From positions 5,048,360-5,112,359 of the forward strand of contig NW_003314261.1 in NCBI RefSeq assembly GCF_000143415.4: a DNA stretch of 64,000 bases. The letters are read 5' to 3'. A program made the translations under genes and the position numbers. The stretch comes from Selaginella moellendorffii. Lineage: Eukaryota; Plantae; Lycopodiophyta. Positions 26,295 through 39,469 of the stretch are shown here, piece after piece. The stretch's first letter is position 1. Each line of letters starts with the position of its first letter. The notes under the pieces are model-generated. The model ran no database searches. It saw nothing but the letters and a program-made list of their open reading frames with translations, and was not told the DNA's origin.

Positions 26295-28370
26295 TCAACA
26301 CCGGATTGTTACCAAGAAGCGAGTGTCAAACACTTTCCTCCTCGTCGCGTCCACGACGCTGGCTGGAATGTATCTCCTCGCCAGGAGGTGATTGACGGCC
26401 ACCATGGAGCACGCGACTTGGGGCCGGCTAGTTCTACTCCGGAGCTCCAGCATGAGCTGGGAAGACGAAGACGACGTAGAAGAAGTTGACGAAGGTGGCG
26501 ATGGCGAAGCATCCATGGAAGACGAAGACGATGGCGATGGCGATGGCGATGAACTAGCCAGGGGGAGTAACTGGCGAGAGCTCTGGCTGGAAGGAGAGAG
26601 CTGGCGACGACGATCCGACGCTAGAATCCTGTCGGTCTCGAATGGAAATCCCAAGGCACTCCACGCGCTAGCGATCATGTCCAGGCACTTGGAGTCGACT
26701 GGAAGCCCCGCGGCGGCCATGGCGGCGACCATCTCCTCGGCCTCGCGGGGCTGACGGGCCTCGCAGAATCCCCACACCAGCGTCTGGACGGTGTTGAGAT
26801 TGGGAGCCTCGCCTCTCTCGAGCATGAGCTCCAGCACTCGCAGCGCGTCGTCCATCCGGCCCATGCTACACCAGCCGCTGATGATAGTCGTGTACACCAC
26901 CACGTTTGGAGCCACGCCGTGGAGGCTCATGTCCTGGAGCAGCGACTCGGCCTCGTGTGTTCTTCCGGATCGGACGTACCCCTTGGCCAGGATCGCAAAC
27001 GCTCGCACGTCCGGCTTGACGCGATCCTGCTGCATCTCGAGCAGTATCGTCTGCGCCTTGTCCGCCACCCCGGCCGAGCTCCACCAGTTCATGATCGTGC
27101 TGTAGGTGGTCACGTCCGGCCTCACGCCGTTGGCCGCCATAAGATCCAGCACCATCTCGAGCTTTAGCTGCTGGTCGTTCTCTTGGCTCTGGAAGTCCTG
27201 CTGCTGCTGGGAGCTTTGCTGCTCCACGTAGCCTTTGAGCAGAGTGTTGAAAGCCACCACGTCTGGATGGAGGCCCTCGAACTTGAGGCGCGAGAGGAGC
27301 TGGAGGCCGCGCTCGGGCATGCCGTTTTGGCAGTAGCAGCTGATCAGGATGGCGTAAGTCCGCAGGTTGGGCTTCAGCCGCGCGTTCTTCATGTCGGCGA
27401 TGAGGTCCTCCAGCTCCGCCACCCTGCCGGCGGCCGCGTAGGCCTTGGCGAGCGTGTTGTAAGTCACGGCGTCCGGTTGCATTCCAGCCGACTTGATCAT
27501 CGCCACCACCCTCCACGCCTCCTCCAGCCGCCCCTCCCGGCACCACGCATTGAGCAGCGTGTTCATGGTTCGCAAGTTTGGCCTCGCGACCGGCTCAAGC
27601 CCGTCCTCGCTGCTCGGAGAGTTCCTCGTCTTGTTGAGGAGGTGGAGCACTAGCTGCTGCGCCTGTTCTGCCTGTCCTGCTACTCCGTAGCCTTTGATCA
27701 GAGTGTTGTAAGTGGAAGTGGTGGGACGGCAGTTTTTCTGTCTCATCTCTTGCACCACTCTCATGGCCTCCTCCATCTGCCCTTCGTTGCACCACCCGTT
27801 GATCACCGTGTTGAAGCACACGCTGTCGGGTGCTAGACCGTCCTCCTCTTCCATCTGTTTGAGAAGCTGCTGTGCCTCGCTCATCTTTTTCTCCGCCACC
27901 ACCTCGGCTATGGCCACCGTGTAGCACTCGACGCTCGGCCGGTGGCCCTGCCTCTTTAGCCTGCGGAGATAAGTTCATTAGAGAGCTGAGAAATGTGGCA
28001 AATCAACTCTGTCCTACCGTTCAAACATCGCTCCTGCAGCCTTTTTCTTTACCTTGGCCTTCTGTTGCTTACCTCCGTTCGCGTAGTAAATCTTCATCAG
28101 CTTCGTTGCCTGCCGGACTGCCGAGCACTCCTTGCCTCCAAAGCAATCCTTGCACTGCTTGCCCTCCGAGCACATTCGGGCATTGTGCCACTGGCTGCCG
28201 CATTTCTCACAGCTGCTGGCGGTGCCACGAGAAAGCGTCTGTCCTGTCCTCTTGGATGATTAAGTCGTCCACTGGAATCAAACTACATACCAGGCTCTGC
28301 AACAATTTGCTCCACTTTGGAGATATCTCTTCGTGAGCCACGAGCGAGGCGTTGGCATCTACGACCGCCA
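26295..28370 (-). CDS. P-class pentatricopeptide repeat protein with small upstream exons
   Basis: About 10 tandem 35-aa repeats (PDSVCFNTVINGWC, PDAVTYNTLAKAY, PNVVVYTTIISGWC); acceptor at ~27961 links upstream exons; start tentatively 28370. Confidence 0.88.
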
Positions 28371-29051
28371 TCGCTACCTTCCTCTTGCTCCTCCCAACCA
28401 AAACATTGTTAAACAAAAGTTCCCTGCCAGAAAAACTCTCAAGTTAATTCAAAACCGTGAGCTCCGACGTTACAACCTTATACTGGATCCAGGAAATAAA
28501 AGAATGTGTTCTCGCTGGCTTTCGCGAAAAAAATTCATGACACCTGAGAGAAAAAGGATCATCACACAGAATCCAGAAAGAAAAACACTTCCATACCTCA
28601 ATGGACATAAGCCACACAGGCTTGATAACATTATAGCTCTGTACTCGAGCATGGATTATCGCTGGAAACTCTACCATTCGAATGAGCTACCTCTTTTCTA
28701 GCGCTCAATGGAATGAAATTCATCGCTTACCTTGTCAAGCCGAGCTCCCTCTGGAATGACAATCTAGTGTCTTCGTCGCGCCCCAGCCAAGCATCGCGCT
28801 ATCGACCGCCCTAAAGAAATACTATCGTTCTCATAAACCCTAAATTCAAAAGCGTTTACCGCCAAAGCAAACACTAAATCAAGGTGGTGACGTGGCGCCC
28901 GTGGAGTCACTCTTTTGCTCGTTGTCGGTTGCCGCTAAGTTACTTGCGTATGTGGCCCCTTGCGCATCGTAAGAAAGAAAGAATTTTCTTTGCTACTTTT
29001 TCGTGGCTCCAAACACGATTAAAGTCAAGAGCTTCCATCAATCTTCTTTGC

Positions 29052-30961
29052 TCAAACTTTGACAGGCTCTGATGATCGAGGACTGTTGGAAGTCACTTCT
29101 GCAAAAAACACACGGTTGCATCGGTTTAAGAAGAACAAATCCTGGAAAACAAAAAGATCACACCTTTCTCAAAAGGAGCTGATGCCACTGCTCGAAGATA
29201 CGAGATAAGCTCTGCCTGTGCTTGGATCTCCAGCTCCTGCAGAACGAGTTGATGTAAATCTCTTAGAAAATGCTTGCAACGCTGACCTGTTGGTGGCACT
29301 TTTTCTTGAGATCACTGAACGCGGCTGCTAGTTTGTGTTCCTTGTGAAGTAAATCGAGCTGGATTGGACCACCGACTTTGGATCCAAGTTGGACAGGTCC
29401 AGTTATCTGCAAGCTCAGTAAAATGTTAACCCCTTAGCAGTGCATTCGAAAAAAGTTCGGCACCTGTCGATATGATTCTACTTCGAGCCGTAATGCAGTT
29501 ATCAATCTGTCATCGTTTTCACTCTTTCTGACAAGCACGGCCATCTTCTCTTTAGCAGACCGGATCTGGAAGACGTTTTAAAGGACGGGTGAGAAAGGTT
29601 AGAAGCACGGTAGTAACTGAACCTCGTTTTCGAGATAGTTCCTCCTTGCTATCATGCCTTCCAGCTTCCGTTGTTGACACGCTAAATCTTCTCTCAGTGC
29701 CTGGGGTATTTTAAACCAGTCAAGACAGACGAAGATTATATACATTACCAAAAATTCGATTGCCAGCTTCTCAAACTCTTTCCTGCGCGCAGCATGGAAA
29801 GCTTCAATTTGAAAACGCTGAAACTCTTCGGACTCCGACCGGTGCAGCTTTGCTTTTAGCTCGCGCACTTTGTCCTGATGAAAGAGGTAAGATTAGCGCA
29901 CAGCCATGTCAATTTCTGATTTACCTTGAGAAGAGAAATCTGCTGACTTCGGCCTTTCCATTCACCGCCTTCTTCCAAAACCTTGTTCAACACTTAACAC
30001 CAAAGAGCATCTTCAGGATCGAAGAGATCATACCGATGTGCAAGTGCAAAGACCTTTGCTACAGGTATGTGTTCGCCAACTTCACGTTGCAGCGCGTAGC
30101 GAAGCTTAGAAACCTCCATTGTGAGGCCTGTGTGTACAGATTGGGCCTCGGCAAGCTTGAGGGCAACCTGAAAGAAAAAGTGACAATTAGAAACTAAAAA
30201 AAACAGTGCAAAGCTACACACCTGATCGAATTTTTCCTTCCACGGTTCCTCAGGTGTTGCAATCTCGGCTTTGGCTTCTTGTATTGATTCCTCTACAGTC
30301 CCTTGTTGTTCTCCCTGTTGTCCTTTCGGTTGCTCTGATTTCTTTTGTTCGTCTTGTTGTTGTGCGTTCTTAACACCATCTGCCGGATTGGTTTGCTGAG
30401 ACACTTCTGGATTTGTTTGTTCGGGAACTTCTGCATTGGTTTTCTGGAGAGTTTCAGCATTGCATTTGTAGAGTTTGTTCCTTCTTTTCAAGACCTGAAC
30501 AGGACAGATAGAAAAGGTATCTAAAGAACAGGCACAAAACAAGACAATACCTCTTGCTGCAGTTGCCCGACTTGAAACTTAAGCTTGGACGAGGAATTTC
30601 TCTCTCGCTCATATGCCAGGTTAAGCTCCCGATTCTGCATTAGCACTCCCTTTTAATTGGAAGAAAGCGCAGACGAGCTTGAAGAAGCGAGAGTTAGAAA
30701 AAAATCCACCTTCTTGAAGAGCTCCAAAATCTTGGCGTCCCGAAGGCTGTGGCCCTCTCCATCCACCAACGCCTCCAACAGATGCCTGGAAACCCAGTGT
30801 AACCACGCGCGACAGACTTACATTCCCGATTTCACTCACTTTAGATGGAAGATGTCGCGCTCTTGCGCTTCAATCTGCTTCCGCAGAGCGATCTTGGGAT
30901 CCTCCTTCACTTCCTCTGGCGGCGGCGGCGGGGGCTCCTCGCCCTTGGGCTTGGGCGCCAT
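29052..30961 (-). CDS. Coiled-coil domain-containing protein 13-like (centriolar satellite/ciliary)
   Basis: LRDAKILELFKK...LNLAYERER, ALQREVGE, GWKGRSQQISLLK-KVRELK motifs resemble CCDC13 as I recall it; multi-exon coiled coil. Confidence 0.7.
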
Positions 30962-31246
30962 GAAGAACAAAGTAACGAACTAGCCCTAACATTCAAAAGT
31001 ATACACGTGTCAACTGTCTTCTTCAAGACACGTGGAGGTAGTATTCGCCGCCACGTAATTTAATGTCAGCCGCACGTCATCAACGGCCAGGATAAAGCCA
31101 TTTGGCACGGTGCTATTTGGCGCTATAACCTTCTTCCTCCTCTTTCTCCTCTGCTTATAGTTCGCGACTTCTTCTTGTCGATCCGGATAGAACAATCTAC
31201 CGATCACGCTCCAAGCTCTGGGTAAATCCTTTCTCGCTCGGCTACA

Positions 31247-31606
31247 ATGCCTTCATCGGCGTCCCAATCGCCATCACCGACGCTGCCGCTCTTGCTCTTG
31301 CTCCTGGTGCTCTTCATGGCAGTGGGTCCTTGGTTCATGAGCAGCCAGCCGGCGGTGGACGAGGCTATGACCAGAATGAGGCGATCCAACGGGCGGGCGA
31401 TGTTCCCCGCGGAGGTGCTCATCCTCATCCCCGCGATCATCCTCATCCTCTTCCAGTTCTACGGCGCGTACGAGAATTCCCTCCGAGTCACACACTGGCG
31501 ATTGCCCGAATTCAAGATGAGCGATTCCTTCGTGGCGCTCGCGGGCTTCCTCGTCGTGGCAATTGCGCTCTCGTGGATGCGCTCCAGCGTCAAGGAGATG
31601 CTCTAG
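31247..31606 (+). CDS. Small intronless membrane protein (3 hydrophobic segments)
   Basis: 119 aa, GC3-biased, TATA-like CTATAA/TTATAG upstream; no family assigned. Confidence 0.65.
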   Translation: MPSSASQSPSPTLPLLLLLLVLFMAVGPWFMSSQPAVDEAMTRMRRSNGRAMFPAEVLILIPAIILILFQFYGAYENSLRVTHWRLPEFKMSDSFVALAGFLVVAIALSWMRSSVKEML

Positions 31607-32008
31607 AGAGCACGGGTACGGACACTCTTTTTTTTTCCTCTCTAGTGCTTTGATCCGCTTTAGTCAGTATCACTAGGCCTACAAAGTCGAAGATGCGCTG
31701 TACAAAAGCTCTTACTTTCTCCACAGGGGTAGACATGTTTGGAATAGTTATCCTGCCAGGAAAAAACCGTAGAAATGTGTACACGAAATGTGCTGTAAAA
31801 GAAAGAAAGAAAGAAAGAAAAAAAAGAAAAACGAAAGCCTTCCACTGGTGGGAGATTTAGACAAGAGAATCGAATCACTCGACTTTGCAAACTTTTAAAA
31901 GAAAAAGCGAGATGTCCTCTGTGAGACTAATCCTCTCAAACTTGTAAACTTCTGGCAAGAGAAAGAGGAAGAGCTTGGGAGTGTAGAGCAGCGACAACTT
32001 AGCTGAGC

Positions 32009-33688
32009 TTATTGCCAAGACAATTCTTCCGCCGAGAGTGACTCGGGCGACTTGGATCCCAGTTGAGTCACGAGGCCGGATCTTTCAGCGCGTGCTCCAG
32101 ATGGTGCTTGAGCGGGGACCGGACCGGAGGTGGCCCCGTATGTGGCTCGATTGTGTGGACGCTCCGGGCTGCCGACAGCACTGCGCGATGATCCAGGCAA
32201 ACAGGAAAACAAAAAAAACAATGGTGAAAACCACGAGCTGGATAAACTTATCGCGAGAGAGCAAACAGTACTTTGTAGCCCCTCGAGGGAAGCTTGTCAA
32301 ATTCGGCGACTGTGGAACGGACGCTCCGGTCTGCGACAACAACAACAACATATTTGAATCTGTAAGCTTTCGGGACAGCCACTTTTGATCGATTACCTGT
32401 TGAAAAGAGTAAAACTTAGATAAGGTATGTGTGCGCTTAGTGCTGTTTAGTTGATCACCTTGTAACACTGGAGAAACGCGAGGCGTGATCGACGAGGACA
32501 AGTTTGAAAGCGCACTTACATTCTTGAACATGTTCGTGATGCTTCGCCTCGCGTCAGTTTGATGCTTGCCTTCGGCAGTGGGACCGATGCTGACTTGAGG
32601 TAATGGAGAGGTATCGGCCGCTACAAATGAAAAGTAGAGACTTAGCGACACGAGAAAACGAAAAGGAGCCTACTTTGAAAGACAGCCCAATCCTGGGACT
32701 CCCTGTGAGAGGTCGTGTTGAACGGTGATTCTTTTGGTGGTGGAGCAGTCACTGTTGCTGGTGGAGGCTGGAAAAAAAAAGAAGAAGAAAAAGTTGGCTT
32801 GGCATGGCACAAAGGAATTCTTACAGCAAATCTTGGAGGACTTGATGCAGAAGCCACAATATGCTGCGGACCAGCGATTTGCGGATTTTGATTTGGACTC
32901 CCGCCTCTAGGAGCAGCTCCCAAGCTTTCGATGGTTTCGTTTGAAACAGCGGCCGGTTGGGGCTGAGGAACACCTTTCGCTGCAAAACGCTTCTCATCGT
33001 ACCTGCATCCACACAAAAGTTTTGCTCGCCGAGTGGCAAGGATATGTGAGTACCGACGTACTTGGCACGCGCAAATGCTTCTAGTCCTGCTCGATCGTTT
33101 TCTTGAGGGCGCTTGAAATTTTGTGGCAACTCTGATTCCCAGTACTTGTTCGCTCTTACATTCCCCATATCTGATCATCAAAATTGCAATTTTTTTGCAG
33201 TCGAGCAAAAAAAACAAGCTCTACCGTGCATGAACTTGACTTGTTCCGGCAGCCATGTATCAAGAGTAGTCGATCGCACCTGGAATATGAACGATTACAT
33301 AGCTCAACTACAAGGTTTAAGAAAGAAAAGAGATAAAGGTGTCACCTTGGAAATGTGAACTCCCAGACCCCGATGAATTCCAGAGCATTGAATACAGATA
33401 AAAATTCCAAGGTTGATGCTCGCCCACCTCGGGCTCCTACAATGCCATTTTGTCAAATCGGATCACACAAGCGAGCAAAAAGAATGTATTTTTTCCTACT
33501 CACTTGCTTCGACAATCAGCACATTCCCTGTTATCTGGCAATTTCATCAAAGCCTCCAAGATCTGAGTAAAAGAAAAAAAGAAAGCAAACGAAAAAGCAA
33601 TGGATCCAGCGATTGGAAGGAAGAATTTTAGTACCTTCTTGTGCTTCTCGTTTTGCTCCTTGCTGACCGTCACTTTGTCATTGGACAT
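32009..33688 (-). CDS. ADP-ribosylation factor GTPase-activating protein (AGD5/SMAP-like)
   Basis: [63 protein letters not shown]: ArfGAP C4 zinc finger. Confidence 0.93.
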
Positions 33689-33971
33689 GGCTTCTCGCTG
33701 CTCTCTTTTTTTCTCATGGAAAGAGAAAAAATGGGGGAGATGAATAAGAATGGAGACCTAAATTGAGGTGGCCGCAGGATTCGAACGCGGGCATCAACAC
33801 CTGGCGGTCCGATCGAACGCTCACCACAGCCGTTGGATGGAATCCTATGGGAGAAAAAAAGGAAAACAATTCAATGGACATCGTGCTGAAACACGATTTC
33901 GCGAAGTGAAACAGCTTACATTGCTTCTCTTCTTCGCGAAGATGTTAGAAAATTTGGCCTAGAGACGTAAT

Positions 33972-35406
33972 CTATGCTGAGTTTTCGTGAAGAAGAACGT
34001 ACTCGCGGCTGGAAAGACGAGGAAAAACGATTAAAAACGAGTTCTAGATGATGAAACAAACCCAAACCAACCTGCTGTTGCCAAACTTGAGAGTGTCCTT
34101 CTCAAAAAGTTCGTAGTAACGTTGAGGCTCGACCGCTTCTCCCTGCGAAAGCAAGTCAGGGACAGTTTGAAACGAAACAATGGCTTCGACTTACATTCAA
34201 GAAGGTTTTGTTGGTACTTCCCAGATCCATGACGTAGGGCCTGGAACGATGAAGGGAAATGAGAAAGATGTAGCGCTAGCCTCGAGATTTCGTTACCTGA
34301 TCTTTTTCGACATAAGTCCATCCACTTCTTTCTCGATGAGCCTGTACTGGATGACCGCGTGCTGCTTGCTGCAAGAGGGATGATCGATCGGAATGTCTGC
34401 AACCTTCCTTTCTCGTCCAAACAGATAGCAACTCTGCCGATGTATGAAAAGCGGGTCTGCTCGGGAAGATCACTCAGATCATTCACATGAAAATCGAGAA
34501 CAAATACAAAAGCTTTACCTTCCAAAGGCGCTCCGTCTTTGAAAACGTAGAGCCTCCATCGGACACTGGGCTGGCGAGCCTCGGGAGGCTCCGTAAACTG
34601 CAACGCAATACCTGTTGGAAACTAGATATCAGAAAGCAGAAACAAAGGAAAAACAAAGGAGATCTTACCACTGACTTTGTTGGTCTCAGCTGCGAGCTTC
34701 CCAGTGTACTCAAACGAGGCCTTCTCCTGCATTGAAACAAGGATGAAGCATCGCAGCGCAGCTCTTTGGATCTGTCCTACCTTTGCTTGTTCCTTGGCCT
34801 CCAAAGCAGCTTCTGCTTGCTCCATGAGCGCTATACTATCGTCCTTGCTCCTACAATCCAAGCACGGTAAAGAACCAAAAGAAACAAGAGAAAACTCAAA
34901 GCCATACCTGCGAGGGATCTCTTTAGCTTCATCCCCATCTCTATCCTACACGCACAAAACACCCAGTAAGCATTCGAAGCATTCGCAAGATCGAAAGAGA
35001 ATAAGGCCCGATAGAAATCACCAGACACCTCGTTCTCAATGTCCCCCGGCTCCACTTTGACACGCTTGCTACTCAAATCCTCCATCGCCGCTTCATCTCC
35101 ACGCTCCCTTTTAAACACATTCTCTACACTCCTGGGCTCCTTTGCTTCATCCTTGACTCTAGTTCTCGTTTCCCATTTCTCTCGCTCTTCCCTGTCACTA
35201 GACCTCTCTCTCCCCCCACGCCTAGCTCCATCCCTGCCATCGTCCTCGCTCCTACGTCTCACAGCAGCCTCATCCCTGTCCGAATCCCTTGCTCTTCCAC
35301 GCCCGTCACGCTCGCCATCGCTGTTCCGGCTGCGCCCATGCTCCCTACCTCGGCGATGGGCGTCCCCTTCGCTCCGCCGCGACCGCTGTACTCTTGGACT
35401 CGCCAT
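33972..35406 (-). CDS. DDL: FHA domain protein DAWDLE (SNIP1 homologue)
   Basis: R/D/E-rich N-terminus; GKLAAETNKV, FTEPPEARQPSVRWRLYVFKDG, YLFGRERKVADIPIDHPSCSKQHAVIQYR, FGNSSREYVLLHENSA. Confidence 0.92.
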
Positions 35407-35724
35407 GCTCTATCTTGCCCTAAAATAACGCATCTTCGAGCATATTCGTAGATAGAGTAGATTTTCTTTTTAGGGCTTGCAGTGGTTATAAATTTGCGTC
35501 CAATAGACTCCCTGTAGGCCTTGGTGCCGGATAAAGAGATCTTAAAGAATCCCATCGCACTGTTTCAGTGTCCTATGTGGAATCTAAACAATCCCTTTTA
35601 CAGGTCTTGCCTGCATCTTACGTTTCCAGCAAGGCATCTACGTTTCCAGCAAAGCATTTAGGCATATATATATACAAGAAATCGTGCCTGATCAATTGCA
35701 TCGTTTTTGTTGGAGCGTAGGCTG

Positions 35725-38700
35725 ATGGTGCCAGCAGAGAACGCGCGTGATGGTAGTGCTGGTGGTGGTGGTAGCGCTCAGTCTGGCGGCGGCGATGGTG
35801 GTGGTGGTGGCGCTCCCACCGCCGCCTCCTTGTCGAATAGCGTTGCGACGAAACAAGCCCCAAAGATACTGCCCTCCACGCATGTTGAAGCACGTAAGTG
35901 ATGCTTTCAGGACTATGTGTATACATTACCTTTGCTCCTTCAGATCAATTTCGACCGATTCTCATGGATAGCAGCCCTGAAGACAAATTGACGGACCTGA
36001 TCAATAACAAAGACTGGGATGGTCATACTGTCTATGATAGGCAGAAAGGTACCTTCACAACTGCACTATATCTCGCCGCGGAGGCTGAGAACACTTCTGC
36101 AATATCCTGGCTGCTCGAATGGTCTCCGACTAAGGTAAAAGACATCTTAGAAGCAGATTCATCCAATTATGGTAGCACGGCTCTGCATGGAGCTGCCACT
36201 ATTGAGGACCCAGACATTGTTTCAATACTGCTTAAGGAGCTGAGTGATCCAGAGCAAGTTAATGTCGTTGATAAAAATGGCAATACTCCCTTGCACACCG
36301 CTGTGAAACGACAGAACGTGGAAGTGATAAAACCGCTCTTAGACGCAAGTGCAGATCCATGCCAAAAGAATATCAAGGGGGAGGCGCCGTTACACATTGC
36401 AGTCAAAAAAGGTGGCAACCTTGAAGTTCTGGAGGTGTTGCTCGAGAAGGTAGACGAAAACAAGGTGGACACCCCTGACTTGGAGAAGGGCCAGACTCCT
36501 CTGCACCTTGCAGTCAAACATGGCAACCAGCAGGACATGATTGTTCGGTTGATTGCCAGAGGTGCTGATCCGTGCCGAAAAGACAAGGAGGGAGCGTCTC
36601 CATTGCAGCTTGCGGCGTTACAATGGAATGACTCGGTTTTTCAACTGCTACTGCACACAGCCTTGAAGCCACGATTCCAAAAGGCTTGCTCAGTGGAAGA
36701 TATTACGAGTAAGTCGTAGAGAGTAAGTCCTTCTAACATCTGAAATTTTTGGGCAGATGCATTAGAGGAGCTGCGGAACAAAGAAGATGGAGCTTTTAGC
36801 GACAAACTGAAAGCTCTAAATTATGGTTGGAACATCCACAGTGTTTATGCTGACAAGACCGCACTACACCTTGCAAGTGAAGTTGGAAATGTAAGTCTGG
36901 TGAAAGCGCTGCTGAACCTCCATGAAAAAAGCAAGATTGACTTACGGAAGCAAGACAAACTCGGCAACACTGCTCTTCATTTCGTTGCTGTTGGCCAAGC
37001 GGAAGTCGAAATCGTCACAGCATTACTGGAAGCAGGTGCGGACATTAACAAAAAGAATAAGCTTGGGCACACTCCTTTGCATTTTGCTGTTGGACAAGAC
37101 AGAGCTGACATTGCTCGTAAATTACGCGACGAAGGTGCTGATTTTGGTTTAAAAGATAAGACAGGAGCTGGAGTATTGCACTTTGCTGCTAGAGGAGGGG
37201 GTAAAGATATCTTCGCGTTGCTGGATCCGAAGGGCCCGGAAGTGCACCGAGCTACTAAAGCAGGTCTGACTCCGTTGCACTTTGCTGCCTGGAATGGGAA
37301 CACTGTTGCACTCGAGTGGTTGCTGAAAATTAACGACATCAAGCTAGATGCGGAGGACAAGGTTGAGAAAGGACTGCCATGGCATTGGGCGGCTATGGGT
37401 GGCAACACATACTGTCTTCGCATACTCATACGTGAACATGTGGAAAGAAATATACAGGTGTTTCCAGGAAGTCACAAGGACTGGCAGCGGGCATTCCAGC
37501 GTATTGAAGATCATGGTCAAGCCGACATAATTGATTTGGTGCCGTGGTGTGTCCTGTGTAACGATGGAGTGTTGGAGCCTGGTATATTGTCGTCTGCTGT
37601 TGCATATGGAGACAGTATAACGAATAGGCTCTTAGCGAAGAAGTTGGGTACAAGAGAAACTGGGTCAGGGCCAGAGGACTCTGTTCATGACCTTGTGGAG
37701 GAATCACGGCTACTGGAATGGGCTGCTTTGAGTGCCACTACCAGAAGCACAGAATTCGGTGGCAAGGGCCTGTTCAACAGAGTAAAGCCTGTGATGGAGT
37801 TCATGATGAAGAAGTACACCAACGTGAAAGGAATCAATGATCAACTCAGGTTAGCTTTTAAGATTGCTTTCTTGCATGGAGAACAGGATGAGCTGCGGGG
37901 AAGGGAGACCTTCGCAACCTGCATGGCAAAGTGCTTCACCCAGGAATTACCCGATATGATCAAGGAAGCTGTGTGGAAGGAACTGGACATTAACTTTGAA
38001 GACAAATATCGAAATTTGCCAAGCAAGTACAAGGATGCCTTCGACGACGTGAGTGAACTGGTGAAAGATGTTCCTGTGGCTTATTGGGAGGCAAAACTTG
38101 AAGAAGACAGAAGCAAGGACCTGAAGGCCATCTCGCAAGAGAACATCTCGGAAAAGAAATATAACGACGAAGAAGAATGTAGGAGGAAACGGCTGGCTCA
38201 ACGTTTGAAACAGTTGTCGGAAAAGTTCATCAAAGATTATCCCAACGACACAGGCCACCGGACAGGTCGGACTGCTTTGCACTGGGCTGCCATCTTCATG
38301 GAGCGCGAGACAGTGATTGCCTTGTCTGGTAAAGGCTGCAAACCAGACATTTGCGATAACTTCGGCAAGCCACCTTACTGGGACGCACAATGGGTGGGTG
38401 AGAAGGATGCTGTCATGCTGAACTGCCTCAAGTGGGGCAGCTACACTGAGAGCTTGCACAAGGACCGGCAGATGTTCGTGGATGGCTTAAACGCGATACT
38501 GGTTGGATCAGCTCTCATTGCCAGTGTCACGTTCGGAGGCTTCTTGAATCCGCCACTGGGGTACAAACTTAAGTTCAAGGACAGGGAGTATGTGTCCATC
38601 GACAGACCAGGTGTGGTTGTGTTCTGGGTTGCCAACAGTTTGTCCTTCTTTTTCGCAATGGCCAGTGCTCTGGCAGGAGTCACCGGGGTCCTGCCTTCTC

Positions 38701-39350
38701 CCGACAAATTCAACCTGAGACTCCTTCGCCGCCTCCGGCACATACTCATTGCCGCAGCAGTCATGCTCGTCATCTCCATCATCTTCGTCCTCGTGGGATT
38801 TGGAGCCGCAGGATTCTCAGAATTGCCACCTTCGGGAAAGTATCCGACCAGCATGATCGCCACTTCTGTCCCCGGGGGTTTGGTCTGCTTAGGTCCTCTC
38901 TGCACGTTCATCTACGCAGTTTACAACCTGAATTCCCGGAAGCTCAGGTTCTTCGACTCGCAGCGCAGCAAAGCAGGTCAGGGGAGCGACGGTCAGAAAA
39001 ATACCATCTCGAAGCTTGTTGATGCTCTGAAACGGTGCTTTAAAGTGCAAGATCATTCGGAGGTTGGGGGCATAAGTTTCGGCAGTGAAACGCTTGAAGA
39101 GCTTCTAAGTTCTCAGGGTTCACCTCAGAAACGGAAAAGGTATGCGCGTGGTCAGCGACCTTGGGAAGATGGTTTGGATTCCCTGGTTCCGGATGGTCAG
39201 ACGGATGGTCAGACTGAAACGGATGGTCAGACGGATGGTCAGACTCAAACGGATGGTCAGACGGATGGTCAGACTGAAACGGATGGTCAGACGGATGGTC
39301 AGACTAAAACGGATGGTCAGACGGTCATAACAGTAAACCCAGGTCCCTGA
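35725..39350 (+). CDS. Large ankyrin-repeat transmembrane protein with PGG-like domain (ACD6/ITN1-type architecture)
   Basis: More than 12 TPLH/TALH ankyrin repeats; C-terminal ILVGSALIASVTFGGFLNPPLG plus TM helices; introns 35894-35943 and ~36709-36756. Confidence 0.9.
39190..39322 (+). repeat. Coding 30-nt tandem repeat (DGQTDGQT[E/Q/K]T)x~4.5
   Basis: CGGATGGTCAGACGGATGGTCAGACT(G/C/A)AAA repeated in frame at the end of the ankyrin-TM ORF. Confidence 0.95.
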
Positions 39351-39469
39351 ACCGAATCTAGGGGTTGATTCATGTGCTCAAGCTGAAACATTTCGAAATG
39401 CTCATCCGCTGCTCGATCAGACCATCACATCGAATGTATATCAGTGTCATCACTAAGATTATTTACAGA

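Noticed and set aside
26392-27690. Several plus-strand ORFs inside the PPR gene
   Set aside because: Antisense shadows of the GC-rich PPR exon.
39190-39322. Regular repeats as a possible CRISPR array
   Set aside because: No unique spacers, in-frame coding repeat, eukaryotic context, no cas genes.
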